Shown here in pieces: positions 1 to 8,765 of a stretch of 22,236 nucleotides of DNA. This DNA is from Elusimicrobiota bacterium (lineage in GTDB: Bacteria > Elusimicrobiota > UBA8919): assembly GCA_043816185.1 (NCBI GenBank), contig JBDRIG010000059.1:1-22236 (forward strand), read 5' to 3'. The notes beneath the pieces were generated by a model. The model ran no database searches. It was not told where the DNA came from and saw nothing but the letters and a program-made list of their open reading frames with translations. Made by a program: the position numbers and the translations under genes. Within the stretch, counting starts at the first letter, position 1. Every line of letters starts with the position of its first letter.

Positions 1-182
1 ACACCTTTATTATTGGTGTCATTTACAAATTTATATTCGTTTATCTCCACCCGTTTAGCGGGAAGGAAGCGTGTCAAAAGATGCTGATTTTTGACAAAGG
101 GGATGCTATTTTCTACTTGACATGCTTTTCCATAGATGATGGACATTTTGCTATTGTGACACAGTGTGAATGACAACCTTAT

Positions 183-674
183 TTATAAATCAACTATCTC
201 TGGGAGGGTTATCTCTGGTGATTTTGTGTCAAGGATTGCAACGGTGCTTCTTCCGGTAGTCCAACCTCCACATTCACCTGGATTGATAATAAGAGCAGAA
301 TGCTTTCTTATATCGGTTTTGTGAGTATGCCCGTAAATGACGACATCATATTTTTTATCTTTCAACAATTGATCAATAGATTTCGATTGGTGCATCAAAA
401 CTATTTTTTTACCATCAAGCTCAAATTTATATGGTGACTCGTGAAGTTCTCCGATATTTTTGAATCTCTCTAAAAGATAGGATTTATCGCCGTCATTATT
501 ACCGAACACGCCGACTAATTTCATTTTTAATCCATCAAATTCTTGAGCGGTAAATGGTGAAACATAATCGCCTGCATGCAGAACAATATCAACATTTTTC
601 TGATTAAAAAAATTTACCGCTTTTCTTATAGCGTTCATATTGTCATGTGAATCGGACATTATACCTATCAACAT
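183..674 (-). CDS. YfcE/MJ0936-family metallophosphoesterase
   Basis: Calcineurin-like motifs SDSH, HAGD, GNND, GHTH and NPG in a 163-aa ORF. Confidence 0.9.
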   Translation of the reverse strand: MLIGIMSDSHDNMNAIRKAVNFFNQKNVDIVLHAGDYVSPFTAQEFDGLKMKLVGVFGNNDGDKSYLLERFKNIGELHESPYKFELDGKKIVLMHQSKSIDQLLKDKKYDVVIYGHTHKTDIRKHSALIINPGECGGWTTGRSTVAILDTKSPEITLPEIVDL

Positions 675-685
675 TTTTCGTCTTT

Positions 686-1105
686 TTAAACTCCTATAAT
701 TTTCACAATAATTTTTCGCTCACGATGACAATTATCCATATCAACAAAAACAACTTGCTGCCAAGTTCCCAAAATCATTTCACTTTTTTCTATAGGAATA
801 GTAACTGCTGGCCCCAACAAAGATGCCCTCAAATGCGAAGCAGCATTTTTATCGGAATGGGTTATATTATGATTATACTCGCCATTTTCGGGAGCAATTT
901 TTTTAAGCAGATTTTGGAAATCAGCAACAAGCCCTGGTTCATATTCTATTGTTGTAATAGCACCAGTTGCACCAGCGACAAAAACACTTAAAATACCATC
1001 TTTGATTTCTGATTTTTCTAAAATCTCTTTAATTCTCGACGTGATATCAATAATATCACAGTTACCCTTCGTTTCAAAACTAATTTTATCCGTAAATATT
1101 TTCAT
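686..1105 (-). CDS. yjbQ: YjbQ/UPF0047 family protein (secondary thiamine-phosphate synthase family)
   Basis: DIIDIT, YNHN...NAASHLRASLLG and LGTWQQV motifs. Confidence 0.88.
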   Translation of the reverse strand: MKIFTDKISFETKGNCDIIDITSRIKEILEKSEIKDGILSVFVAGATGAITTIEYEPGLVADFQNLLKKIAPENGEYNHNITHSDKNAASHLRASLLGPAVTIPIEKSEMILGTWQQVVFVDMDNCHRERKIIVKIIGV

Positions 1106-1171
1106 ATAAATAATTTACTAAACTTGCATTAACAAAAATCAAAAAAAGTCGTTAAACCAATTTTATCAATA

Positions 1172-2563
1172 TCAAACAACGTATTGTGATTTTTTGTTTT
1201 TCGCTAAAAATTCCTCTATTTCTTTTTTTTCTTTTTCAAAACCACTTCTTCCCATTAAACCATAAGTAAGTATTTTACCCAATTCTACCCCTGGCTGGTC
1301 AAAAGCATTTATTTCAAAAAGTTCGCCAATATATGCAGTTGCAAGTTCCAACATATAAAATAACTGTCCTATTGTATGCTCGGAAACTTCTGGAAAAACT
1401 ATTGTGCAATTTGGTCTTAATTGTTTTGTAAGTGCCACGCGGGTTGCTTCTTCTTCCGATTTTATCAGTTCATTAAGCGTGTGTTTTTCAAGATAATGCT
1501 TTTCCGATGTTTTCGGAATTACGATATTTGCACGATATTTTTCAACAGATAAAAATGTTATTATTTTATCGTAAGGCCCCTCAATGTAAAGTTGAACTTG
1601 CGAATGCTGATCAGTTACACCTAATGCTTTAATCGGAGTTGGGCCAACATTCACTACGTCGCCCTTGATGTTTGTTTTTTTTCCAAGTGACTCTGCCCAC
1701 AATTGCCTGAACCAATCGGAGACATCTTTTAGTGATTGAACATATGGCATCATCACGTCGATTTTTTTGCCCTTCTGATAGAGAAGATACTGGATTGCGG
1801 CATAAATTGCAGCAGGATTTTTTGATATGTTCTGGCCACAACGGATGTCCATATCCATTGCACCTTTCAAAAGTTTTTCAATTTTTATTCCACAGAAAGC
1901 TGCAGAAATAAGACCTACCGGCGATAACACAGAAAATCTTCCTCCGACATTTGCTGGTATTACAAAAGAAACAATTTTTTCTTTTTCAGCAAGCTCTCTT
2001 AAATAGCCTTTTTTTTCGTCGGTTGAAATAATAATGTGCTTTTGCCAGTTTTTAACACCAACTTTTTTTATCAAGGCATTTTTTAGAACGAAAAAGATTG
2101 CAAGACATTCCGCAGTAGTACCCGATTTTGAAATTATATTAAAAACTGTTTTTTTCAAATTGAGAACATCTAATAATGATTTTATAGATTCCGGATCAAC
2201 ATTATCTGGCACAAAAAGGCGCGGACAGTTTTTTCTCTCTTTTTTTGAAAGAAGATTCCAATACTGGTGATTTAACGCCGTCTGAATCGCGATATTTCCG
2301 AGTGCAGAACCACCTATCCCTATTACCACAAAATCATCAAATTTTGTTCTTTGTTTTTTTGCAAAATCACTTATTTTTTTTGCATCTTCCATCTTATACG
2401 GAAGTTCCATAAACCCTAATATTCCCTTTGATTTTTTCTGCTGAACGACGTTGCGAGCAGAAAAAAGTTTGGGATAAAGCAGCTGTAAATCCTTTTGATT
2501 TACTCCATGAACGCCTACGAGACCAGCCATACAATTTGTGTAGTCAAGTTTAATATCAGCCAT
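1172..2563 (-). CDS. pgi: Glucose-6-phosphate isomerase
   Basis: GIGGSALG, SKSGTTAE, VGGRFSVLS, QLWAESLGK, DQHSQ and FDQPGVE motifs. Start placed at ATG 2563, after a GAGGAGG RBS, rather than at 2578. Confidence 0.95.
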   Translation of the reverse strand: MADIKLDYTNCMAGLVGVHGVNQKDLQLLYPKLFSARNVVQQKKSKGILGFMELPYKMEDAKKISDFAKKQRTKFDDFVVIGIGGSALGNIAIQTALNHQYWNLLSKKERKNCPRLFVPDNVDPESIKSLLDVLNLKKTVFNIISKSGTTAECLAIFFVLKNALIKKVGVKNWQKHIIISTDEKKGYLRELAEKEKIVSFVIPANVGGRFSVLSPVGLISAAFCGIKIEKLLKGAMDMDIRCGQNISKNPAAIYAAIQYLLYQKGKKIDVMMPYVQSLKDVSDWFRQLWAESLGKKTNIKGDVVNVGPTPIKALGVTDQHSQVQLYIEGPYDKIITFLSVEKYRANIVIPKTSEKHYLEKHTLNELIKSEEEATRVALTKQLRPNCTIVFPEVSEHTIGQLFYMLELATAYIGELFEINAFDQPGVELGKILTYGLMGRSGFEKEKKEIEEFLAKNKKSQYVV

Positions 2564-2768
2564 TTTTTTCCTCCTCAAATTCTTTCACGATTTCTTTAAT
2601 TTCAATTTCTGCCTTTCTAAGTTTAGTTTTCAACATTTTTATTAATCCTGCTGCTCTTTTTACTGATTCTGCAAGATTGTCTATTTCAACATTCTCCCTT
2701 TCCAAATCAGCAAGAATCTTTTGCAACTCGTCTAGTGATTTTGAATACGAAACTTTTTCTTCTATCAC
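2556..2768 (-). CDS. xseB: Exodeoxyribonuclease VII small subunit
   Basis: 70-aa helical protein matching the XseB pattern (SYSKSLDELQKILADLE...L..AE). GTG start with GGAGGTG RBS; overlaps the pgi start. Confidence 0.9.
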   Translation of the reverse strand: MIEEKVSYSKSLDELQKILADLERENVEIDNLAESVKRAAGLIKMLKTKLRKAEIEIKEIVKEFEEEKNG

Positions 2769-2835
2769 CTTTCACCTCCCCCTATAAGTAGAACACCCAC
2801 AAGCACTCTGCTACCTTTTTACGATTTTCCAAAAT

Positions 2836-5800
2836 TCACAACCCCATTATATTGTAAATACTACTGCTTTTACCATAATAAGAATCGTAGATGTGCTGAT
2901 AAATTCTATTGCAACAATCGGCATACATTTCTTTTGTGTAACTTTCAGGCAATTCTTCATTAAGAATATTCTGTATAGTTAGAAGCACATCTGCTCTTGC
3001 CTGTTGTTTTTTTCGCCAGTCCAATACGAGTTTTTCTTCTTTAAGGGTTTCAAGAAGTTTTTTAGATGCAAGTTTGACTTTGTCCTTTTCAGTATTCTTT
3101 AAGTCAGGTTTATATAACAGGTCAAATACGGCAAGTTGTTCTTCAGTAAGTTTTTCAGATATGTGCCTCTTTTCTTCAGTATTTAATTCTTTAGAAAACT
3201 TTTTAAGTTCATTAAAAAACATTTCTACATTCATTGCTCCAATATTATACTCGTCAACTAATTTTTGAAATTTTTCAAGGAAACCAGTTCTTTGCTTATT
3301 CAATTTGACCAACGCAACCAGTAAATTATTTATGCTATTTTTAAGCATTGACACTTCAATATGTTTTTTGTCTTTAATGAATTTTTCTTTTAACATATCA
3401 AAATCTATTTTACTTAAATCAATCTTATTACCGTAGGAAGAAGAAATAATGTCTGATATGATAAATCCTTTGGCATCAATGGAATTGTCAAGCAGGTTTT
3501 CCATTTTCTTTTTTACTTCTTCAATATCTGTTTCAGGAGATAGTTCTCCTATCTTATCTGCTATTGTTTTGAACATATAATACTTAACTCTAAATATTTC
3601 CGCCTTGGGGTCGGGAAGTATTGCTTTATACAGTTTTTTTATCAGGTTTGTTAAACTGATGAATTCTTTCCTTGTTTTTTCGTTTGAGATTATAATATCA
3701 ACCGCTTCAGTGATAAGTTTTATTGTAGTCAATTTATTGGCTTTAATAATCTTGTCAATATCAATCTTCTGTTGTTTGCAAAAAGTAGTCGCTTTATCAA
3801 TAACATCTTTTAATTCTTTTATCAGTTCGTCTTTTGGTTTGACGGGGTAATCAATCTCTTTGCCGCCAGGATTATATATGGCAAGTGCTTTTTGTAAACT
3901 CCTGAAAATGCCGATATAATCAACAATCAGTCCGTTGGGCTTATCGCCAAACACCCTGTTTGCTCTTGCTATTGTCTGCATAAGAGTGTGGTTTTTCATC
4001 GGCTTATCAAGATACATTGTTGAAAGACAAGGAACATCAAAGCCCGTCATCCACATAGAACAAACAAAAACAATTCTGAACGGATCCTGTTCATCTTTGA
4101 ATTTCGTTTCTAAATCTTCATCCAGCATTCTTTTACGGTGAGTTACAATATCCAATCCGAGGTCTCTGAATATTTTAATTTCATTTTGGTTATTTCCCCA
4201 ACTTACAACTACTGCTATATCGGTTTTTTCAAGATATTCAATTCTCTTTGTGAAAATTTCTTTTTCCCTGTCATCTCTTGCTTTAAGTTTTCTTGTACGT
4301 TCAATTTCTAATTTCAGATATTTTTTTACTTTATCATACATTTTAACAGCGGTTGGTCTGTCAATGGAAACAACCATCGCCTTGCCCTGATAACCTCTTG
4401 AAGAAAAATGCTTAACTATATCTTCCGCTATTTTTTCTAAACGGTCATCACGGGTTATTATATGATATGCTCTTTCAAACTCTCTCATTAGTTTTTCTTC
4501 CTGCCTGTCATCAAGCATAGCATCTTCAAGAATTTCTTCCAACCCAGTGCTTAAAACTTCACTATCCAATTGGACTTCTGGAATCCTGTTTTCATAATAC
4601 AACGGAACTGTTGCATTATCATCAACCGACTGTTTGAAACTATAAATGCTGACATAGTCGCCAAATGTCCCCTTTGTTTTTTCTTCGCCCACTATCAGTG
4701 GGGTAGCAGTAAATGCAATGAACGAAGCATTAGGCAATGCTTTCCGCATATTCATTGCCAATTGGTCATATTGTGTGCGGTGGGCTTCATCTGTTATTAC
4801 AATAATGTCGCTGCGGTCAGTTATGGGGTATTCCTTTTCTTCGTCTGTTCCCTGCTTACTTCCAGCAGGGACAAACCTGAACTTATGTATCAATGTAAAT
4901 ATGTTCCTGTGGTCTTCTTTAAGAAGTTGTTTTAAGTGAGAGCAACTATCAGCGTGAACTTCAATTTCCGTTACCGCACCGGTACTTTCAAAATTATTGT
5001 AAATCTGCTTGTCTAATTCTATTCTGTCTGTAACTATAAGAAAAGTATAGTTGCCATAAAATTTCCGCAGTATTTTCTGCGAGAAAAAAATCATTGAAAA
5101 ACTCTTACCGCTTCCTTGTGTATGCCAGAATACACCGAGTTGCCCTTTTTTGTTTTTAATATCTTTGAACGATTCTAATGTCTTATTAACTCCAAGATAC
5201 TGATGATTTTTTGCAAGAATTTTTATATAAGAACTGCCTTCTTTACCTCTTTTCTGAAAAAGAATAAAGTTTTCAAAAATATCAAGAAACTTGGATTTTT
5301 CACAAGTTCCTTTTATTATCGTATCAAGGGAAACAATTCCTTTCTCCCCCTCGTTGCTGATTTTCTTCCATTCGTTGAAGTGTTCCCAATCAGCAGTCAT
5401 TGAACCAATTTTACTTTCAGAACCGTTTGATAAAATAACAAATGCGTTATACCAGAAAATCTGCGGAATGGTATCCTTGTAATCGGTCAAATTGTCATTG
5501 AAAGCATTTTTAATGTTTCTATGAATTGCTTTAAGTTCAACAAAAATTAACGGTATGCCATTAACAAAGGCAACAAGGTCTGCCCTGCGTTTATACATAT
5601 CCCCGTTAATCCAGAACTGTGATGCAAGAAAGAAATCGTTATTTTCAGGATTGTCAAAATCAATGACTTTAACGGTTTCTAATTCTTCACTCCCATCTTC
5701 TTTACGGACAGGAACTTTCACTCCGTCTTTAAGAAGTTTGTATATTTCCCTATTTGCCACACTTGGATTTAATATGATGCGGTTTTTGGTTATTTCTTCA

Positions 5801-6021
5801 ACAGCGAGATTTATACTTTCAGGTTTCAATGTCGGGTTTAGACGGGATAGAGCGGTTTTTAGTTTTGGAATAAGGACAACATCCATAGAAGTTTCTCTGC
5901 CGAGTGTAGAATTCTGTCCGAACTGTTCTTCATAACAGTTTTGATGTTCATACCCGAGAAATTGAAATATCTCAATAGCACTATTTTCTATCAGTTGCTG
6001 TTCTGAAAAATTACCTGTCAT
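2836..6021 (-). CDS. hsdR: Type I restriction-modification endonuclease subunit R
   Basis: Nuclease motif RADLVAFVNGIPLIFVELK, Walker A HTQGSGKS, DEAH, FTATP, MTGFD and QTIARANR; uninterrupted 1061-aa ORF. Confidence 0.95.
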   Translation of the reverse strand: MTGNFSEQQLIENSAIEIFQFLGYEHQNCYEEQFGQNSTLGRETSMDVVLIPKLKTALSRLNPTLKPESINLAVEEITKNRIILNPSVANREIYKLLKDGVKVPVRKEDGSEELETVKVIDFDNPENNDFFLASQFWINGDMYKRRADLVAFVNGIPLIFVELKAIHRNIKNAFNDNLTDYKDTIPQIFWYNAFVILSNGSESKIGSMTADWEHFNEWKKISNEGEKGIVSLDTIIKGTCEKSKFLDIFENFILFQKRGKEGSSYIKILAKNHQYLGVNKTLESFKDIKNKKGQLGVFWHTQGSGKSFSMIFFSQKILRKFYGNYTFLIVTDRIELDKQIYNNFESTGAVTEIEVHADSCSHLKQLLKEDHRNIFTLIHKFRFVPAGSKQGTDEEKEYPITDRSDIIVITDEAHRTQYDQLAMNMRKALPNASFIAFTATPLIVGEEKTKGTFGDYVSIYSFKQSVDDNATVPLYYENRIPEVQLDSEVLSTGLEEILEDAMLDDRQEEKLMREFERAYHIITRDDRLEKIAEDIVKHFSSRGYQGKAMVVSIDRPTAVKMYDKVKKYLKLEIERTRKLKARDDREKEIFTKRIEYLEKTDIAVVVSWGNNQNEIKIFRDLGLDIVTHRKRMLDEDLETKFKDEQDPFRIVFVCSMWMTGFDVPCLSTMYLDKPMKNHTLMQTIARANRVFGDKPNGLIVDYIGIFRSLQKALAIYNPGGKEIDYPVKPKDELIKELKDVIDKATTFCKQQKIDIDKIIKANKLTTIKLITEAVDIIISNEKTRKEFISLTNLIKKLYKAILPDPKAEIFRVKYYMFKTIADKIGELSPETDIEEVKKKMENLLDNSIDAKGFIISDIISSSYGNKIDLSKIDFDMLKEKFIKDKKHIEVSMLKNSINNLLVALVKLNKQRTGFLEKFQKLVDEYNIGAMNVEMFFNELKKFSKELNTEEKRHISEKLTEEQLAVFDLLYKPDLKNTEKDKVKLASKKLLETLKEEKLVLDWRKKQQARADVLLTIQNILNEELPESYTKEMYADCCNRIYQHIYDSYYGKSSSIYNIMGL
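4849..4871. repeat. Short hairpin insert within hsdR (TCCCTGCT-7 nt-AGCAGGGA), encoding part of FVPAGSKQG
   Basis: Perfect 8-bp inverted arms; shares ccctgcttact and gcagg with 9193-9218. Confidence 0.7.
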
Positions 6022-6069
6022 TTAGAGTCCTCTTGTATTTATATAATATTGGTTGTTTCAAATTTTATT

Positions 6070-6573
6070 TCAATGCCATTCAGCATAAATATCACTTTCT
6101 TCTTTAAAAGTATGCTTCTCAATGTATTTTGCTTTTTCTAAAAAATCTTTTTCATTTCTGATTATATGGTCATAGAATGACCTTTGCCATATTCTATCGT
6201 GTTCGCGTAGGGGTGGGCTTGCCCACCCAATTATTGTCTGTGTAACCTTTACTTTTACTTTGCCAATATACTGCTGCCACAAATTTATTTTTCTATCGTT
6301 TGATAGAGTTATAAGCCCGTGTAAATGATTCGTCGCAATAATTATTCCATGAATAACTATTCCAAGTTCTTTCGCAATATTTTTTAATACCTCAATCGTT
6401 TTTTCTCGTATGATTTGGTCATTAAAAATCTTCTCCCGCTCAAATGTGCAAATTGTAAAAAAATACGGTCCTGGTAAAAAATAATCCCATGTTTTTAATC
6501 GTAAAGAAGATTTGCGTATGCGTATAAATGACGGGCGACCAAGGTCGCCCCTACGCGTGTTAGGCATTTTCAT
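6070..6573 (-). CDS. REP-associated tyrosine transposase (RAYT / IS200-like Y1 HUH endonuclease)
   Basis: SLRL..WDY..PG.YFFTICT N-terminus, HUH motif NHLH, WQRSFYDHIIR and candidate catalytic Tyr in KYIE. ATGA overlap with the hsdS stop. Confidence 0.88.
   Translation of the reverse strand: MKMPNTRRGDLGRPSFIRIRKSSLRLKTWDYFLPGPYFFTICTFEREKIFNDQIIREKTIEVLKNIAKELGIVIHGIIIATNHLHGLITLSNDRKINLWQQYIGKVKVKVTQTIIGWASPPLREHDRIWQRSFYDHIIRNEKDFLEKAKYIEKHTFKEESDIYAEWH
6204..6228 (+). repeat. GTAG-type REP hairpin inside the RAYT gene
   Basis: cgcGTAG-GGGTGGGC-tt-GCCCACCC, a perfect 8-bp GC-rich stem. Confidence 0.85.
6533..6557 (-). repeat. GTAG-type REP hairpin at the 5' end of the RAYT gene
   Basis: Minus strand reads cgcGTAG-GGGCGACC-tt-GGTCGCCC, a perfect 8-bp stem. 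Confidence 0.85.
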
Positions 6574-7682
6574 TCTGTGTCCTCTGTTTTTATGTCTAAA
6601 TCCGAGACATTAAGTTTACCCGAAATGAGTTTTGGGAGTAAAATATCTCTGGTTTCTATAAGATTGTTATTTTTGTCGTCAAGTAAGTTTATTTGCTTAA
6701 AAATAGGCACAACAATTTTGTTAAATTCAGAAATTAAATCTTGCTCAGGAATGACTAATTTTAGAGCAGAAATACCTTCAAGAGTAATTTGAGGTTGGGC
6801 TGTTCCTCCGATATAGTTATAAAGTCCTATATTCAGCAAACTATGGTAAAGAAAGAGTTTTTGTTCTTCATTTATATCAAAAATAAAAGAATTATTAGTC
6901 ACGAATGATTTTGGTTTTGTTATTTTTATCTGCCCCACGCTGCCCCGACATCCTGTAATTACCATCGGATTTTCATAATTATATTCATCATATTTTCCTA
7001 TAACTTTTGCGGCACCATAAACTAAATATTCCCCGTCTTTTTTCATTTTTGTAGTCGGCAGAGTTTTTCCATATCGTATATTACAAATATCAAAAATATT
7101 TTTTATTTCCCATTTTACAGGGATTTTGCCGAGTTCAGAGTTAACCATTTTTACTTTTTCGTGTCCTGGGAAACGAAACTTGACAAACCATTCGTTATAG
7201 AGGGTCTGTGCTATTTTCTCTAATATCTTAATTCGGCGATTGTTGTTTTCAATCAGGTCATCGTAGGCAGAAAGTACAGTGGCGATTGTTTTTTGTGCTA
7301 CTATTTTATGGACTTTGATTTCTAAATTATCAAGGTCATTTCTATTAAGAGTCGGGACACCAGTGCCTGAATTAAATTTATCCAGATTTATTGTCTGGAG
7401 ATAATAGTATACATAGTCCGAGTAATTACCCTTGAAATCCTTTACCCATAACGCTGTATTATGTGGCCAATATTTTTCATTGATAAATTGAACTTTCCCT
7501 AAAGAACCACTTCTTCCAGTCACCACACCAGGTGGATTGACCTTATATTGATTATGATATCCTAAAATAGATGTTGAACCAACCACTGGATATAAACCTT
7601 CAATCATATCCTTTTTAGGTAAATCAAAACCTCTTTGAAGTGTAATAAAATTTTTGAATTTAATTGTTTGCAATTTTGCCAT
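6570..7682 (-). CDS. hsdS: Type I R-M specificity subunit S
   Basis: Two TRD-like halves joined by the conserved LSAYDDLIENNNRRIKILE...LYNEWFVKFRFPG...LGKIP spacer; C-terminal L.ETRD.LLPKLISG. Confidence 0.93.
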   Translation of the reverse strand: MAKLQTIKFKNFITLQRGFDLPKKDMIEGLYPVVGSTSILGYHNQYKVNPPGVVTGRSGSLGKVQFINEKYWPHNTALWVKDFKGNYSDYVYYYLQTINLDKFNSGTGVPTLNRNDLDNLEIKVHKIVAQKTIATVLSAYDDLIENNNRRIKILEKIAQTLYNEWFVKFRFPGHEKVKMVNSELGKIPVKWEIKNIFDICNIRYGKTLPTTKMKKDGEYLVYGAAKVIGKYDEYNYENPMVITGCRGSVGQIKITKPKSFVTNNSFIFDINEEQKLFLYHSLLNIGLYNYIGGTAQPQITLEGISALKLVIPEQDLISEFNKIVVPIFKQINLLDDKNNNLIETRDILLPKLISGKLNVSDLDIKTEDTE

Positions 7683-7728
7683 TAAACTCCGATTAGTTTT
7701 GAACTATTATACTATGCTTCACTCATTT

Positions 7729-8763
7729 TCAATACTTCAGTTTTGACTCAATCTGCAAAATGCTTTTTTCTCTTTCAATTTCTGCCTTGAGTTCTTTTTC
7801 AGTCGGTAGATAAAGTTTATATTTTGAAGCAAAAATTCGTTTACTCTCACTTAGAAGAGTATATTTAACCATTGTTCGATTTTTATCCGAGCAGAGTATG
7901 AGTCCGATGGTTGGATTGTCATCTTGCTGTTTTACTTCTTTCTCAAAGTATCGCACATAAAAATCCATTTGCCCAATATCTTGATGTTTAAGTTTTCCAA
8001 CCTTCAAATCAATGATAACAAAACACTTCAAAATGTAATTATAAAATACGAGGTCAATGTAGAAATGCTCGTTCTCAACAGTTATCCTTTTTTGTCTTGC
8101 CACAAATGTAAATCCCTTCCCTAATTCAAGGATAAATTCCTGTAAATGTTCAATTAATGCTTGCTCAATCTGTGTTTCATTAAACTGGTGTTTTTCCGGG
8201 ATACCAAGAAACTCAAGAATATATGGGTCTTTTACTGCATCTTCTGGTTTTTCAATTATATGCCCTTTTTGTGCAAGTTTTAGAACACCTTTTTTATCTT
8301 TACTTAATGAAATTCTTTCAAATAAAAGAGAGTCAATTTGGCGGTCAAGTTGCCTTGTGCTCCAGTTTCCCGCTATCGCTTCTTTAATATAGAACGCTCT
8401 GGCATTCGTATCGTTCACTCGCATAAGAAGACGATAGTGTGTCCAAGTTAATTCTTGACGCAGTGCGTCAAGAATTGGAAACATCATATAAAATTTACGC
8501 ATATTCCATACATTAGTTGCGTCAAAACCCTTACCGAAATCGTTTGTTAATTTTTTGGAAAGTTTCTCAATAAGTTCCTTACCATAAACAGCCCGGCGTT
8601 TGCCTTTTTGTTCTTCTTCAACTATGAGATGCCCAATATTCCAATATGCTTCAACTATCGTAAAATTTACTGCCCTGTAAATTTTATTTCGTGCTTCATC
8701 TAAAATCGTTTTGATTTTTTTATAGAGCGTATTAAAACTTTCTAAAGGAATTAATTTATTCAT
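7729..8763 (-). CDS. YhcG/DUF1016 family PD-(D/E)XK nuclease-domain protein
   Basis: AYWNIG, WS.RQL.RQI, KDPYILEFL, LELGKGF.FVARQ, IDLVFYN, IDLK, GQMDFY and PTIGLILC motifs. Confidence 0.93.
   Translation of the reverse strand: MNKLIPLESFNTLYKKIKTILDEARNKIYRAVNFTIVEAYWNIGHLIVEEEQKGKRRAVYGKELIEKLSKKLTNDFGKGFDATNVWNMRKFYMMFPILDALRQELTWTHYRLLMRVNDTNARAFYIKEAIAGNWSTRQLDRQIDSLLFERISLSKDKKGVLKLAQKGHIIEKPEDAVKDPYILEFLGIPEKHQFNETQIEQALIEHLQEFILELGKGFTFVARQKRITVENEHFYIDLVFYNYILKCFVIIDLKVGKLKHQDIGQMDFYVRYFEKEVKQQDDNPTIGLILCSDKNRTMVKYTLLSESKRIFASKYKLYLPTEKELKAEIEREKSILQIESKLKY
8450..8476. repeat. Perfect 27-bp palindrome within the yhcG-like gene
   Basis: AATTCTTGACGCA-g-TGCGTCAAGAATT; encodes ILDALRQEL. 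Confidence 0.9.
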
Positions 8764-8765
8764 AT

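Noticed and set aside
1..22. Possible start of a further minus-strand gene (MTPIIKV...)
   Set aside because: Only seven codons are visible, too few to support a call
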